A program made the translations under genes and the position numbers. Below the pieces are notes generated by a model. It ran no database searches, was not told the origin of the DNA, and saw only the letters and a list, made by a program, of their open reading frames with translations. This document shows, one piece after another, positions 38,121-48,347 of a DNA stretch of 48,347 bases. This stretch comes from Nitrososphaerota archaeon (lineage in GTDB: Archaea > Iainarchaeota > Iainarchaeia > Iainarchaeales > GCA-2688035). The stretch is taken from assembly GCA_017610265.1 (NCBI GenBank), contig JAFCCH010000006.1, forward strand, positions 1-48,347. The letters are read 5' to 3'. How positions within the stretch are numbered: position 1 is the stretch's first letter; each line of letters opens with the position of its first letter.

Positions 38121-39941
38121 ATGGCAAAAAAGAAAGCAGCAAAGGTTTACATTAACGGAAGGCTTATTGGATTCCACGAACAGCCAGAAAAACTGACCCA
38201 GGAACTTGTCAAAAGCAGAAGGTCAAACAAGATTGCCTCACAGGTAAACATTGCATTCCACGAGGACACAAACGAACTTTACATTAACACAGACGCAGGA
38301 AGGGTTCAAAGGCCACTTCTTGTTGTTGAAAACGGAAAACCAAAAATAACAGAGGAACAGCTGAAAAAATTAACAGAAGAAAAGATGGGATGGGAAGACC
38401 TCATAAAAGAAGGATTTATTGAATACCTTGATCCAGAAGAAGAAGAAAATGCATTTATTGCAATTGACGAAAACGAGCTTACAAAAGAACATACTCATAT
38501 GGAAATCAATCCTATTGCGATTTTGAGCCTTATCAGTTCAATGATTCCATATATCCAGCATGACATGGCGGGAAAAGCACTGCACGGGGCAAAGATGTTC
38601 AAGCAAAGCCTCGGAATCAACGGAATAAACTTTAACCTTAGAACAGACACAGAAGGTTACTTACTGCACTACCCGCAGAAAGCACTTGTAAAGACAAGGA
38701 CGATGAATTTACTTGAACTTGATGAAAGGCCACAGACACAAAACCTTGTGGTTGCAATTGTTCCATACAGAATTTTCAATACCTTGGATGCACTTGTGAT
38801 TAACCAAGGAGCTGTTGACAGAGGAATGGGAAGAAGCACTTATTACAGAACTTATGAAGGAATAGAGCAAAGATATCCAGGAGGACAGGCCGACAGGTTT
38901 GAGATTCCAAACGAGGAAACAGTTGGATACCTTGGAGAAAAAGTTTACACAAAAATTGGGGACGACGGAATTGTCAACCTTGAAACAACTCTTGAAGAAA
39001 AGGACATTATAATTGGAAGGACAAGCCCTCCAAGATTCCTGGAAGAAATAAGTGAGTTTGGCGTTGTCAAAGAAAAAAGAAGGGACAGCAGCCTTTCGAC
39101 AAGAAAGGGAAAGCCAGGACACGTTGACAAAATTATGCTTACAGAAAGCGAAGACGGAAACAAGCTTGCAAAGATAAAAGTTAGGTCAACAATGATTCCA
39201 GAAGTTGGAGACAAATTCAGCAGCAAGCACGGGCAGAAAGGAGTCGTTGGAGCAATTGTTCCAGAGGCAGACATGCCATTTACAGTTGACGGAGTAAAGC
39301 CTGATTTGATAATTAACCCACACAGTATTCCAAGTAGAATGACCATGGGACACTTGCTCGAAATGCTTGGCGGAAAAGTCAGTTCAATGAAAGGATTTGA
39401 CATTGATGGAACACCATTCAACAGTATGACAAAGGAAGACCTCGGAGACCTGCTAAAGAACAAGGGCTTAAGGCACGACGGAAAGGAAACCTTTTACGAC
39501 GGAGTAACCGGCGAAAGAATTGAAGGCCAGGTATTTGTTGGAGTAATTGCTTACAGAAGGCTGTTCCACATGGTTGCACACAAGATGCAGGCAAGGGCAC
39601 GTGGCCCAGTACAAATTCTTACAAGGCAGCCAACAGAAGGAAAGGAAAAAGAGGGCGGCCTAAGATTTGGAGAGATGGAAGGCGAAACATTGGTTGGACA
39701 CGGTGCAGCAATGCTTTTGCAGGAAAAGTTTATCGAAGACAGTGATAGAGTAGTAGAACTTGTCTGTGAAAAATGCGGAATAATCGGTATACATGATCAG
39801 ATAAGAAACAGGAGATACTGCCCATTATGTGACAGCAGCAGGGTTTACCCTGTCGAAATGAGTTACGGCTTCAAGCTAATGCTTGATGAACTCAAAGCAC
39901 TGGGAATTTTCCCGAAAATTGTAATAGGAGACAAGGCGTGA
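38121..39941 (+). CDS. rpoB1: DNA-directed RNA polymerase subunit B' (C-terminal half of split Rpo2)
   Basis: 'GDKFSSKHGQKGVVG', 'INPHSIPSRMTMGHLLE', 'GGLRFGEMEGETLVGHGAA', and a C-terminal Zn motif 'CEKCG...CPLC'. ATG 38121; GTG 38112 would overlap the B'' stop. Confidence 0.95.
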   Translation: MAKKKAAKVYINGRLIGFHEQPEKLTQELVKSRRSNKIASQVNIAFHEDTNELYINTDAGRVQRPLLVVENGKPKITEEQLKKLTEEKMGWEDLIKEGFIEYLDPEEEENAFIAIDENELTKEHTHMEINPIAILSLISSMIPYIQHDMAGKALHGAKMFKQSLGINGINFNLRTDTEGYLLHYPQKALVKTRTMNLLELDERPQTQNLVVAIVPYRIFNTLDALVINQGAVDRGMGRSTYYRTYEGIEQRYPGGQADRFEIPNEETVGYLGEKVYTKIGDDGIVNLETTLEEKDIIIGRTSPPRFLEEISEFGVVKEKRRDSSLSTRKGKPGHVDKIMLTESEDGNKLAKIKVRSTMIPEVGDKFSSKHGQKGVVGAIVPEADMPFTVDGVKPDLIINPHSIPSRMTMGHLLEMLGGKVSSMKGFDIDGTPFNSMTKEDLGDLLKNKGLRHDGKETFYDGVTGERIEGQVFVGVIAYRRLFHMVAHKMQARARGPVQILTRQPTEGKEKEGGLRFGEMEGETLVGHGAAMLLQEKFIEDSDRVVELVCEKCGIIGIHDQIRNRRYCPLCDSSRVYPVEMSYGFKLMLDELKALGIFPKIVIGDKA

Positions 39942-39945
39942 TACT

Positions 39946-42561
39946 ATGCTTATGAAAAAAATTAAGGGAATCGAATTCAGCATCATTAGCCCAACGATGA
40001 TTAGGAAAATGAGTGCTTTGGAAGTAAAGACTCCGGACACTTACGACAAAGACGGTTACCCAATGGAATCAGGCCTTATGGATCCACACCTAGGAGTTAT
40101 AAACCCAGGCCTAAGATGCAAAACCTGTGGACAAAGAATGAAGAAATGCCCAGGACATTTTGGAAGCCTTGAGCTTGTAAGGCCTGTTGTCCACAGTGAA
40201 TTTGGAAGAAGACTTGAAATTATCATGCACTCAACCTGCAAAGAATGTGGAAGAATTGCATTACCAGATGATAAAATTGAAAAATACAAGAAAATGATTA
40301 AGACAGACGGCGTTGACTCAGTACTTAAAAAAGTTATGGCAAAGGGAAAGACCGTAAAGAAATGCCCACACTGCAAGGCAACAAAGAGCAAGGTTTTGCT
40401 TGACAAGCCAACAAACTTTTACTACAACAAGGAAAGAATTTACACAGAAATAAGGGAATGGATTGAAAAGCTTGCAGAGAGAGACTATGCAATTTTTGGA
40501 TATGACCCTGCACGTGTAAAGCCTGAATGGTTTGTCATGAAAGTTTTGTCAGTTCCGCCAATAACAATTAGACCAAGCATTACACTTGAATCAGGAATTA
40601 AAAGTGAGGATGATCTAACTCACAAGCTTGTTGACATAATCAGAATTAATATGAGGTTAAAGGACAACATAGAAGCAGGCGCACCACAGTTAATTATTGA
40701 GGACTTGTGGGATTTGCTTCAATACCATGTTACAACCTACCTTGACAACAATACTGCAGGAGTCCCTCCTGCAAAACACAGAAGCGGAAGAGCCCTTAGA
40801 ACAATTGTTCAAAGGCTTAAGGGAAAGAAAGGAAGATTTAGACATAATTTGACAGGAAAGCGTGTCAACTTTGCAGCAAGAAGTACAGTTACACCAGATC
40901 CATTCATCAAAATCAGCGAAGTTGGAATTCCAAAAAAGATTGCTGACGAATTAACAGTTCCTGAAAGGGTTACTGAATGGAATAAAGAAGAATTGAAAAA
41001 AATGGTTAAAGACACTGACAAAGCAGTTTACGCAATCAGAGCCGACGAAACAAAGAAAAGGGTCGACGAAACAAACAAGGAAGAAATTGCTGAAGAAATT
41101 GACGTCGGATTTAGAATTGAAAGAAAATTGCAGAACGGAGACATTGTTCTGTTCAACAGGCAACCAAGCCTTCACAGACTAAGCATGCTTGCCCACACAG
41201 TAAGAGTAATGGAGGGAAAAACCTTCAAGATTAATCCAATTGTGTGTAAGCCATACAACGCAGACTTTGACGGAGACGAAATGAACGTACATGTTCCTCA
41301 GACCGAAGAAGGAAAAACAGAAGCAAGAGAATTGATGTTTGTAAGAAACCAGGTTATAAGCCCAAGATATGGTGCACCTGTAATTATTTTGGACGAAGAC
41401 GGAGTTTCAGGAGCATTTGTCCTAACCTTGGATTCAACAAAATTCACAAGGGAAGAAACAATGCAGTACTTCTTTGAAATGGGTTTGACAACATTGTCAA
41501 AACCAGACAGAGGCAAGGACTACAGCGGAAAACTAATCTTTTCACAGATGCTTCCAAAAGATTTAAACCTTGAATACAAAACAAACATGTGCAAAATCAT
41601 CCAGAAGACAATGCCATGCAAGAACTGTACCAAGGAAAAGTGCGAGCATGACGCTTACTTACAGATAAAGAACGGACAGCTTTTGCACGGAGTAATTGAT
41701 GACGCAAGCCTTGGAGAAGTAAGCGGAAAGCTTATTGACGAACTTGCAAGAAAATATCCAAGCACAGTTATTGAAGACTTTTATTACAACGTAAACAGGG
41801 TTGTTGCAGATCTCCTGACAATGAGGGGAATGACAGCGGGCCTTGACGAATATGAAGTAAGCAACCACATCCAAAAATTAAAAAGCAAAGTTATTGAAGA
41901 ACTGTTAGAGGATGGAAAGAAACTTACAGACAAATACAAGAGAGGAACATTAAGCCACCTACCTGGAAAGAGCGTAAAAGAAAGCTTTGAAAACGGGATG
42001 ATGGGACTTGCAGCCAAAACCAAAGAAAAAATCCAGAACGCAATCATGAAAGAAAAGCTGGAACCTATAATGTCAGAAAAGCCAAAGCTTAACACAATGG
42101 TTATGATAGTAGCAGGAAGCAGGGGAAGCAGCATCAACCTAATGAATATTGCAGGATTTTGGGGACAGGCAAACGTAAGAGAAGGAAGGCCCAGGAGAGG
42201 CTTTAAAAACAGGCTTATTACATTAAACAAGAAAGACGATGTAGGCGTCCTTGCAGGAGGATTCATTAAGTCAAGCTTTATGGACGGAATGGATGCAAAG
42301 GAATATTTCTACCACAGTATGGGTGGAAGGCAAGGAGAAGTTGACACAGGTGTTTCAACAAAGGTTTCAGGATACCTTTACAGAAGGCTTGCAAACAGTT
42401 TGAAAGATCTGGTTGTAAACAACGACGGAACAGTTAGAACTGCTTCATCTGAACTTGTGCAGTATGTTTACGGAGAAGACGGAGTCTTCCCAAAAAACAC
42501 TGTTAGGGGAAAGAGCATTGACCTTGAAGAAGAAGCGGAGAATATGAAAAAGCAGGTGTAA
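39946..42561 (+). CDS. rpoA1: DNA-directed RNA polymerase subunit A' (Rpo1N)
   Basis: 871 aa. Zn motifs '[16 protein letters not shown]' and 'CKECG', plus the catalytic '[16 protein letters not shown]'. Confidence 0.95.
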   Translation: MLMKKIKGIEFSIISPTMIRKMSALEVKTPDTYDKDGYPMESGLMDPHLGVINPGLRCKTCGQRMKKCPGHFGSLELVRPVVHSEFGRRLEIIMHSTCKECGRIALPDDKIEKYKKMIKTDGVDSVLKKVMAKGKTVKKCPHCKATKSKVLLDKPTNFYYNKERIYTEIREWIEKLAERDYAIFGYDPARVKPEWFVMKVLSVPPITIRPSITLESGIKSEDDLTHKLVDIIRINMRLKDNIEAGAPQLIIEDLWDLLQYHVTTYLDNNTAGVPPAKHRSGRALRTIVQRLKGKKGRFRHNLTGKRVNFAARSTVTPDPFIKISEVGIPKKIADELTVPERVTEWNKEELKKMVKDTDKAVYAIRADETKKRVDETNKEEIAEEIDVGFRIERKLQNGDIVLFNRQPSLHRLSMLAHTVRVMEGKTFKINPIVCKPYNADFDGDEMNVHVPQTEEGKTEARELMFVRNQVISPRYGAPVIILDEDGVSGAFVLTLDSTKFTREETMQYFFEMGLTTLSKPDRGKDYSGKLIFSQMLPKDLNLEYKTNMCKIIQKTMPCKNCTKEKCEHDAYLQIKNGQLLHGVIDDASLGEVSGKLIDELARKYPSTVIEDFYYNVNRVVADLLTMRGMTAGLDEYEVSNHIQKLKSKVIEELLEDGKKLTDKYKRGTLSHLPGKSVKESFENGMMGLAAKTKEKIQNAIMKEKLEPIMSEKPKLNTMVMIVAGSRGSSINLMNIAGFWGQANVREGRPRRGFKNRLITLNKKDDVGVLAGGFIKSSFMDGMDAKEYFYHSMGGRQGEVDTGVSTKVSGYLYRRLANSLKDLVVNNDGTVRTASSELVQYVYGEDGVFPKNTVRGKSIDLEEEAENMKKQV

Positions 42562-42563
42562 TT

Positions 42564-43817
42564 ATGGCAAAAAAAGAAGCAAAACCAAAGAAAGCAAAGG
42601 TTGTAAAAAAGGCAAAAGCCGTAAAGAAGGTAAAAAAGGTTGTAAAGAAAGAGGAAGAAATTCCAATTGAAAGAGAACCTGCTCCAGTAGAAGACTGGGA
42701 AAGCCTTACTTTGCCAAAAAGTGTTTTTGACCAAATTGCAATAGTTGCTGAAGCCAAGAAAATGAACAAGGCAAAAGAAGACTCTTTCCGAAAGCATGTT
42801 GAAGAAAAGTACGGCACTCTCAGAGTAGAGTCAGGAGAAGCTGTTGGAATTATTGCCGCACAAAGCCTTGGAGAGCCAGGAACACAGCTAACTCTTAGGA
42901 CAAAGCACTATGCAGGAGCTGCAGAGGTAAGTGTTGGTTCAGGAATCCAGAGGGTTGAAGAAATTGTTGACGGAAGAAGCAAGGCAAAATACCCTACAAT
43001 GACAATTTACTTGAAGAACGGACTTGAAAAGGACAAGAACAAGGCAGAGAGATTTGCAAAAAGCCTTATTGACGTTAGATTTTCTGACATAAGTAAAATG
43101 AAGGAAGACTTTGCAGCCAAAAAAGTTGTTATTTCACTTTCAGAAGACGGCATCAAAGAAAGAGGCCTTGACGATAAAGAGCTGCTTGACAAATTAAAGA
43201 AAAGCGTTAAGAATGCAAAGATAAGGCAGAGAAAGCTCAACCTTGAATTTGTTTTTAGCAAAAGAGAGCCATTGCTTAGAATCAGAAGAACTTTGCAGAA
43301 GCAGCTTAACTCAAGAATTCACGGAGTGAGGGGCATTGAAAAAGTTTTGGTAATGGAAGAAAAAGGAGAATTTGTAATTAAGACAAGTGGAAGCAACCTC
43401 AAGCAGATTTTGAAGCTCGATGAAGTTGACACAAGCAGAACAATGACAAACGATATTATGGAAGTAAGCGATGTTCTTGGCATAGAGGCCGGGAGAACAA
43501 TGATTTTTAACGAATTGTACAATACCCTGGATGAAAACGGCATTTTGGTTGACAAAAGGCACCTGATGCTGTTAGCAGACCTTATGACCTTCAGCGGAAG
43601 CATTAAGGGAATTGTCAGAACAGGAATTACAAGAGAAAAGAAAAGCCCGTTCGCAAGAGCAGCATTTGAAGAAACAGTAAAACACTTGCTTGACGCCGCA
43701 TTCAAGGGTGAAAGAGACGAGCTGCAGGGAGTTGTTGAAAACATTATTGTTGGACAGCCAGTAAAAGTCGGAACAGGCAGAGTAGACCTTGTTATGAAAA
43801 GGAAAAGTGATAAATGA
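42564..43817 (+). CDS. rpoA2: DNA-directed RNA polymerase subunit A'' (Rpo1C) with a ~31-aa Lys/Ala/Val-rich N-terminal extension
   Basis: '[28 protein letters not shown]' (trigger loop) and '[19 protein letters not shown]'. The N-terminus is '[31 protein letters not shown]'. Confidence 0.9.
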   Translation: MAKKEAKPKKAKVVKKAKAVKKVKKVVKKEEEIPIEREPAPVEDWESLTLPKSVFDQIAIVAEAKKMNKAKEDSFRKHVEEKYGTLRVESGEAVGIIAAQSLGEPGTQLTLRTKHYAGAAEVSVGSGIQRVEEIVDGRSKAKYPTMTIYLKNGLEKDKNKAERFAKSLIDVRFSDISKMKEDFAAKKVVISLSEDGIKERGLDDKELLDKLKKSVKNAKIRQRKLNLEFVFSKREPLLRIRRTLQKQLNSRIHGVRGIEKVLVMEEKGEFVIKTSGSNLKQILKLDEVDTSRTMTNDIMEVSDVLGIEAGRTMIFNELYNTLDENGILVDKRHLMLLADLMTFSGSIKGIVRTGITREKKSPFARAAFEETVKHLLDAAFKGERDELQGVVENIIVGQPVKVGTGRVDLVMKRKSDK

Positions 43818-44125
43818 TGGCATTAGATGTGGGGAAAGAATTAAGAAGATCTGTAGACACAGGAAAAGTTCTTTTCGGCAGAAGGCAGGTAGAGAAAGGT
43901 ATTTTAAAAGGCTCCTGCAAATTAATTATTATTAGCAACAATGCTGAAAAGTACGCCAGGGAAAGAGTAGAACAGTTGTGCCAAACAGCTGAAATACCTT
44001 TTTTTGAGTTTGGTGCAACAGGACTCGACATTGGAAATTACTCAGGCAAACCATTTGTTGTTTCCTTCGCAGGAATCGAAAACCCTGGAAAAAGCAAGAT
44101 TTTGAATCTTGTGAAAAAGAAATAA
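43814..44125 (+). CDS. rpl30e: ribosomal protein eL30 (L30e)
   Basis: '[28 protein letters not shown]' and the conserved position after rpoA2. Confidence 0.85.
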   Translation: MMALDVGKELRRSVDTGKVLFGRRQVEKGILKGSCKLIIISNNAEKYARERVEQLCQTAEIPFFEFGATGLDIGNYSGKPFVVSFAGIENPGKSKILNLVKKK

Positions 44126-44132
44126 GTCAACA

Positions 44133-44555
44133 GTGTTTAGAATGCGTTTAACAAGCGATGATATTTTTTATCTTAATGCATTGAACAGTGCGAGTGGCGC
44201 CAATGCGCGTGACTGCGTAGTACAAGGAAAGGTAATAACCTTCTTGATAAAGAAGGAAGAGTTAGGAAAAGCCATTGGGAAAGATGCCAATGCCGTAAAA
44301 AAGTTGCGGCTTAAGCTCAAACTCAATGTTGAACTGTTAGAATACGGTGAAGATGCCAAGCAGTTCATAAGAAAGGCTTTGTACAACGTAAAAATAAAGG
44401 AGATAAAATTTTCAACAAAGAACGGAAAAAAAGTTGCAAAGGTTGTGCTTGAACCAGGCGAAAGGCGCAAGGTTTTGAGCACAATGGGCAAACTAAAAAG
44501 AATTAAAGCTTTAGCGCAGAGAAATTACAATGTTGAAGATATAAAAATCCATTAG
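44133..44555 (+). CDS. nusA: archaeal NusA-like transcription termination factor (two KH domains)
   Basis: 'ASGANARDCVV....ITFLIKKEELGKAIGKDANAVKKL' and the conserved position. GTG start; alternative ATG at 44142. Confidence 0.85.
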   Translation: MFRMRLTSDDIFYLNALNSASGANARDCVVQGKVITFLIKKEELGKAIGKDANAVKKLRLKLKLNVELLEYGEDAKQFIRKALYNVKIKEIKFSTKNGKKVAKVVLEPGERRKVLSTMGKLKRIKALAQRNYNVEDIKIH

Positions 44556-44569
44556 TATAAGTGATTGTT

Positions 44570-44998
44570 ATGGCGAAAGGAGAATTTGCAGCAAAAAAGC
44601 TTGAAGAAAACAGGCAAAAATGGAAGTGGAAAAACCCAAAGTATAAGAGGAAAACTCTTAGAATGAGGGAAAAGCACAACCTACTGGAAGGAAGTCCCCA
44701 GGGCAGAGGAATTGTCCTTGAAAAGAGGGGAGTTACTGCAAAGCAGCCAAATTCAGGAATTAGAAAATGTGTGAGAGTTCAGCTAATCAAAAATGGAAAG
44801 CAGCTCACAGCACTTGCACCAAAGGACGGCGCAATTAAGTTTATTGACGAGCACGACGAAGTAATCGTTGAAGGAATTGGCGGAGCACAGGGTGGACCAA
44901 AGGGAGACCTTTGGGGAGTGAAATACAGGGTTACACATGTAAACAACCAGGCCCTTGAGATGCTTCGAAGCGGAAGAAAAGAAAAGGTTAAGAGATAA
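44570..44998 (+). CDS. rps12: ribosomal protein uS12
   Basis: '[48 protein letters not shown]'. ATG 44570 (track: GTG 44561). Confidence 0.95.
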   Translation: MAKGEFAAKKLEENRQKWKWKNPKYKRKTLRMREKHNLLEGSPQGRGIVLEKRGVTAKQPNSGIRKCVRVQLIKNGKQLTALAPKDGAIKFIDEHDEVIVEGIGGAQGGPKGDLWGVKYRVTHVNNQALEMLRSGRKEKVKR

Positions 44999-45010
44999 CG
45001 GTGAAAGAAT

Positions 45011-45613
45011 ATGGCACTTGTTTTTGAAAAATGGGATTCACAAGGAGTACAGGTTTCTGACCTCGGACTTGCAAGATATATGGGACTTAACTCAAAGACC
45101 ATCCCACACACTTTTGGAAGGCAGACCCAAAAGATGTTTGAAAAAGGAAAGATGAGCATTGTCGAAAGGCTTGTCAACAAGGTTATGAGATCAGGTCAGG
45201 GAAAAAGAAAACTCTCAGGAAAGTATGTGAGAGGAAGAGGCAGCTGCGGAAAAAAACTGCAGGCCATGAGAATAGTTGAAGAAGCATTTACAATTGTTGA
45301 AACAAAGACAAAGCAGAATCCATTGCAAATTTTGATAAAAGCTATTGAAAACGCAGCACCAAGGGAAGACACAACAAAGATTAAGAGAGGCGGAATAGCA
45401 TACGCCGTTGCAGTTGATGTTGCGCCAATAACAAGGGTTGATGAAGCCCTGAAAAACATTGCATTGGCCGGATTTGTCGGATCATTTAACAAGAAAAAAA
45501 GCGCCGGTGAAGCACTTGCAGAAGAACTTATTCTCGCTTCACAGGAAGACCAAAAAAGTAGCTCTGTCAAAAGAAGAGACGAAGTCGAAAGGATTGCAAA
45601 GAGCAGCAGATAA
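45011..45613 (+). CDS. rps7: ribosomal protein uS7
   Basis: 'VERLVNKVMRSG..GKK......IVEEAFTIVETKTKQNPLQILIKAIENAAPRED' and the conserved position. Confidence 0.95.
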   Translation: MALVFEKWDSQGVQVSDLGLARYMGLNSKTIPHTFGRQTQKMFEKGKMSIVERLVNKVMRSGQGKRKLSGKYVRGRGSCGKKLQAMRIVEEAFTIVETKTKQNPLQILIKAIENAAPREDTTKIKRGGIAYAVAVDVAPITRVDEALKNIALAGFVGSFNKKKSAGEALAEELILASQEDQKSSSVKRRDEVERIAKSSR

Positions 45614-45625
45614 TAGGTGATTCAA

Positions 45626-47818
45626 ATGGGTAGACGCGAAGACATGGTTAAGCTAGCAGAATCTCTGATGAACGACAGGGAACACATTAGGAACATTGGA
45701 GTTGTGGCACACATTGACCACGGCAAAACAACCATGACCGACAACCTAATTGCAGCCGCAGGACTAATGAGCGAAGAACTTGCAGGCAAGCAAAGAATGA
45801 TGGACTATTACGAATTGGAGCAGCAAAGGGGAATTACAATCAACGCTGCAAACATAAGCCTTGTCCACGAATTTGAGGGAAACAAGCATTTGATTAATGT
45901 TATTGACACGCCTGGTCACATTGACTTCGGAGGAGAGGTCATTAGGGCAATGAGAGCAGTTGACGGAGTAATCGTTGTAGTTGATTCTGTGGAAGGAGTA
46001 ATGCCACAGACTGAAACAGTTATCAGACAGGCAATTAAGGAAAGAGTAAAACCTGTTTTGTTTATCAACAAGGTTGACAGACTTGTAAACGAGCTTCAAC
46101 TTACATCTGAACAGATGCAGGAAAGATTTGTCAAAACAATTGCACAGGTAAACAACCTGATTAAGAAAAACGCTTTGGATGACCTGAAAGAAGACTGGCT
46201 GGTTAAAGTAAACGATGGAAGTGTTTGCTTTGGTTCAGCATACCACAACTGGGCAATCAGCATTCACTCAATGAAGGCAACAGGAATCAGCTTTAAGGAT
46301 ATTTTTGATTATTGCAAAAATGAGGACCAAAAAACTCTTGCAAAGAAAAGTCCATTACACTCAACCATTCTTAGAATGGTTATTGAACACTTGCCAGATC
46401 CAAAGCAGGCACAAAAATATAGGACTGCTGCAATTTGGACAGGTGAATCAGAGTCAGAGGTTGGAAAGGCAATGCTTACATGCGACGAAAAAGGCCCAAT
46501 CGCAATGATGGTTACAGATGTTACAGTTGACCCACACGCTGGAGATATTGCAACAGGAAGAATTTACTCTGGAAGCCTTAAGTCAGGAGTAAAAGTTAGA
46601 GCAATAGGAATGAAGAAAGAGGTTACAATCCAGCAGGTTGTTCTCTTTATGGGCCAAGAAAGAATTAAGGTAAACGAAGTTCCGGCAGGAAACATTGCAG
46701 GAATTACAGGCCTGAAAGAAGTCTTTGCAGGAGAAACAATAGGAAGTGGGGAAATGCAGGCATTTGAAAGCTTTAAAAGTTCTGCAGAACCTGTTATGAC
46801 AATTAGCGTTGAGCCAAAGACAACAAAGGATTTACCAAAGCTTATTGAAGTAATTAGGCAAATTACAAAAGAGGACCCAAACATTGTGGCAACCCTTAAC
46901 CAGGAAACAGGCGAGCATTTACTATCGGGAATGGGAGAACTGCACTTAGACGTTACAAAGTACAGGATTGAGTCAGACCACAAGATCCCAATCACAGTAA
47001 GCTCTCCAATTGTTGTTTACAGGGAAACAATCAACAAAGAAAGCCCTGTCTTGGAAGGAAAAAGCCCTAACAAGCACAACAAGTTCAAGATAAAGGCAAT
47101 GCCTATTGACAAGGAAATGCTTGAGAAACTTATTGAGTCAAAGATTAACGGAAAGATAAAACCAAAAGACAAGGCAATGATTGCAAAGTTCGAAGAGATG
47201 GGCTTTGGAAGAGACCTGTCAAGAAAAGTTTGGGCGGTGCACAATAACTGCATCCTTGCAGATATGACAAGGGGAATTGTTGCATTGCACGAAATCAGGG
47301 AACTTGTTATTCAGGCATTTAATGACGCAATGGACCAGGGCCCGATGGCAAAAGAAAAATGCTTTGGAGTAATGATTCAGCTTGAGGATGCAACCTTGCA
47401 CGAGGACGCAATCCATAGGGGACCATCACAGGTTCTGCCGGCAATTACAAGAACATGTTATGCATGTGTTCTAAGCGCTGACCCTGTTTTGCTTGAGCCA
47501 AAGCAGACCTTGTTTATTACCTGCCCACAGGATTATATGGGCTCTGTTTCCAAGGAACTTGGACATAGAAGGACTCAGATTACTGAGATGAAACAAGAGG
47601 GCGACAGCAGCATTTTTATTGCAAAGGCACCAGTAAAGGAGCTGATTGGATTTTCAGCAGCCATTAGAGGAGCAACCCAGGGAAGGGCAATCTGGACAGC
47701 AGAATATGCCGGTTATGAACAGCTTCCAAGGGAAATGCAGAAGAGCATTACTGAAGAAGTCAGAAAGAGAAAAGGAATGGACCTTACAGTAAAGTCAGCC
47801 CAATTCTTCTTAGACTAA
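45626..47818 (+). CDS. fusA: translation elongation factor aEF-2
   Basis: 'IRNIGVVAHIDHGKTT', 'DTPGHIDF', 'NKVDR', and the diphthamide loop 'LHEDAIHRGPSQ'. ATG 45626 (track: GTG 45617). Confidence 0.95.
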   Translation: MGRREDMVKLAESLMNDREHIRNIGVVAHIDHGKTTMTDNLIAAAGLMSEELAGKQRMMDYYELEQQRGITINAANISLVHEFEGNKHLINVIDTPGHIDFGGEVIRAMRAVDGVIVVVDSVEGVMPQTETVIRQAIKERVKPVLFINKVDRLVNELQLTSEQMQERFVKTIAQVNNLIKKNALDDLKEDWLVKVNDGSVCFGSAYHNWAISIHSMKATGISFKDIFDYCKNEDQKTLAKKSPLHSTILRMVIEHLPDPKQAQKYRTAAIWTGESESEVGKAMLTCDEKGPIAMMVTDVTVDPHAGDIATGRIYSGSLKSGVKVRAIGMKKEVTIQQVVLFMGQERIKVNEVPAGNIAGITGLKEVFAGETIGSGEMQAFESFKSSAEPVMTISVEPKTTKDLPKLIEVIRQITKEDPNIVATLNQETGEHLLSGMGELHLDVTKYRIESDHKIPITVSSPIVVYRETINKESPVLEGKSPNKHNKFKIKAMPIDKEMLEKLIESKINGKIKPKDKAMIAKFEEMGFGRDLSRKVWAVHNNCILADMTRGIVALHEIRELVIQAFNDAMDQGPMAKEKCFGVMIQLEDATLHEDAIHRGPSQVLPAITRTCYACVLSADPVLLEPKQTLFITCPQDYMGSVSKELGHRRTQITEMKQEGDSSIFIAKAPVKELIGFSAAIRGATQGRAIWTAEYAGYEQLPREMQKSITEEVRKRKGMDLTVKSAQFFLD

Positions 47819-47892
47819 GAGCATTAATTCTTTTTTTTTATTTTCCATTTTTGGGAAACATCTTTAAATAACTAAAGAGGCATCTATCTATT

Positions 47893-48171
47893 ATGAGGCC
47901 AAGAAAACCCCTTAGCAGAAGAAATCCAAAAGAAAGGACTGCAAAAGACAAACAGGAATTGAAAGAAAGACTTGAACAAGCCAAACTTAAACAAATTAAG
48001 TTTCCAAAAATGCTTAGCTTGACTCAAGCCCTGTTAAAAGGCCTTGGAAGGAGAAATCTTGTAAAAATAGTTGACAAGGGCTACACCCTTCAAGAAATAA
48101 AGAAAATGATTGAAAAAGGGCAATTAACCAAAGAAAATGTTGACAAAATTCCTGAAAAGAAAGAGCGTTGA
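47893..48171 (+). CDS. hypothetical Lys/Glu-rich 92-aa protein between aEF-2 and aEF-1alpha
   Basis: Clean ORF with its own AT-rich upstream region. No motif recognised. Confidence 0.4.
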   Translation: MRPRKPLSRRNPKERTAKDKQELKERLEQAKLKQIKFPKMLSLTQALLKGLGRRNLVKIVDKGYTLQEIKKMIEKGQLTKENVDKIPEKKER

Positions 48172-48321
48172 TAGCTATAATTTAGACCGTTTGTTCACTG
48201 TTTAACGGCAAAGAAAGAGCATTTTTAAAGCTTTTGGATTAAAAGATAGTAATCGAGAGTCAGGGGTTTCCAATTTTTCCCTAAAAGAATTGGTGGCGAA
48301 TTCAGTTTGGAGGTAATTTAA

Positions 48322-48347
48322 ATGGCTGATAAACCACACGTTAACCT
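48322..48347 (+). CDS. tuf: translation elongation factor aEF-1alpha, 5' fragment (runs off the window)
   Basis: 'MADKPHVNL' is the typical aEF-1alpha N-terminus. SD 'ggaggt' lies 8 nt upstream, and the gene sits in the conserved position after fusA. Confidence 0.8.

Noticed and set aside
36646-39941. rpoB split into two ORFs, which could be read as a frameshift or pseudogene
   Set aside because: The split lies at the canonical B''/B' boundary, with a clean stop followed by a start 6 nt later. This is the normal gene structure in many euryarchaeal and DPANN-type lineages. It is taxonomically informative but not novel.

Overview
AT-rich archaeal chromosome segment. It is archaeal because RNA polymerase subunits B and A are each split (B''/B', A'/A'') and the gene order is the canonical rpoH-rpoB2-rpoB1-rpoA1-rpoA2-rpl30e-nusA-rps12-rps7-aEF2-(orf)-aEF1alpha. 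The compact, fermentative gene content suggests a small-genome uncultivated lineage, possibly DPANN-like, but that is inference only. The window has three parts. (1) 0.1-13.8 kb holds transport, energy and envelope genes: a cation/H+ antiporter, a B12-radical SAM protein, ADP-forming acetyl-CoA synthetase, a PIG-L deacetylase, a GH63-like hydrolase next to an MpgP-type phosphatase, a frameshifted GT2, MscS, a secreted three-repeat protein, a DNA-repair-type radical SAM protein and a ZIP transporter. (2) 13.8-32.8 kb is a dense, all plus-strand island of Fe-S, metal and thiol-redox genes, and it is the most interesting part. It contains four NifX-like (Nitro_FeMo-Co) domains, one fused to a CDF transporter and one to a ferredoxin. 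It also contains two MinD-type ATPases with ferredoxin inserts, Mrp/NBP35, DUF59, DUF134, DUF5320, several Gly/Arg-rich low-complexity proteins with perfect DNA tandem repeats, and a trx / ABC-like ATPase / G3E-GTPase+FeS / DUF4346 cassette. The rest of the island is a tehAB-like pair, duplicated thioredoxin and ferredoxin:thioredoxin-reductase genes, a CcdA-based export relay and three local regulators with recognisable operator-like palindromes. No nitrogenase genes occur in the window. (3) 32.8-48.3 kb holds an orphan permuted N-methyltransferase, tRNA-Asp(GTC), PspC and HD genes, and the RNAP/ribosomal/elongation-factor cluster. I found no CRISPR array, integrase, transposase or rRNA. All functional calls come from reading motifs in the supplied translations by eye; no searches were run.
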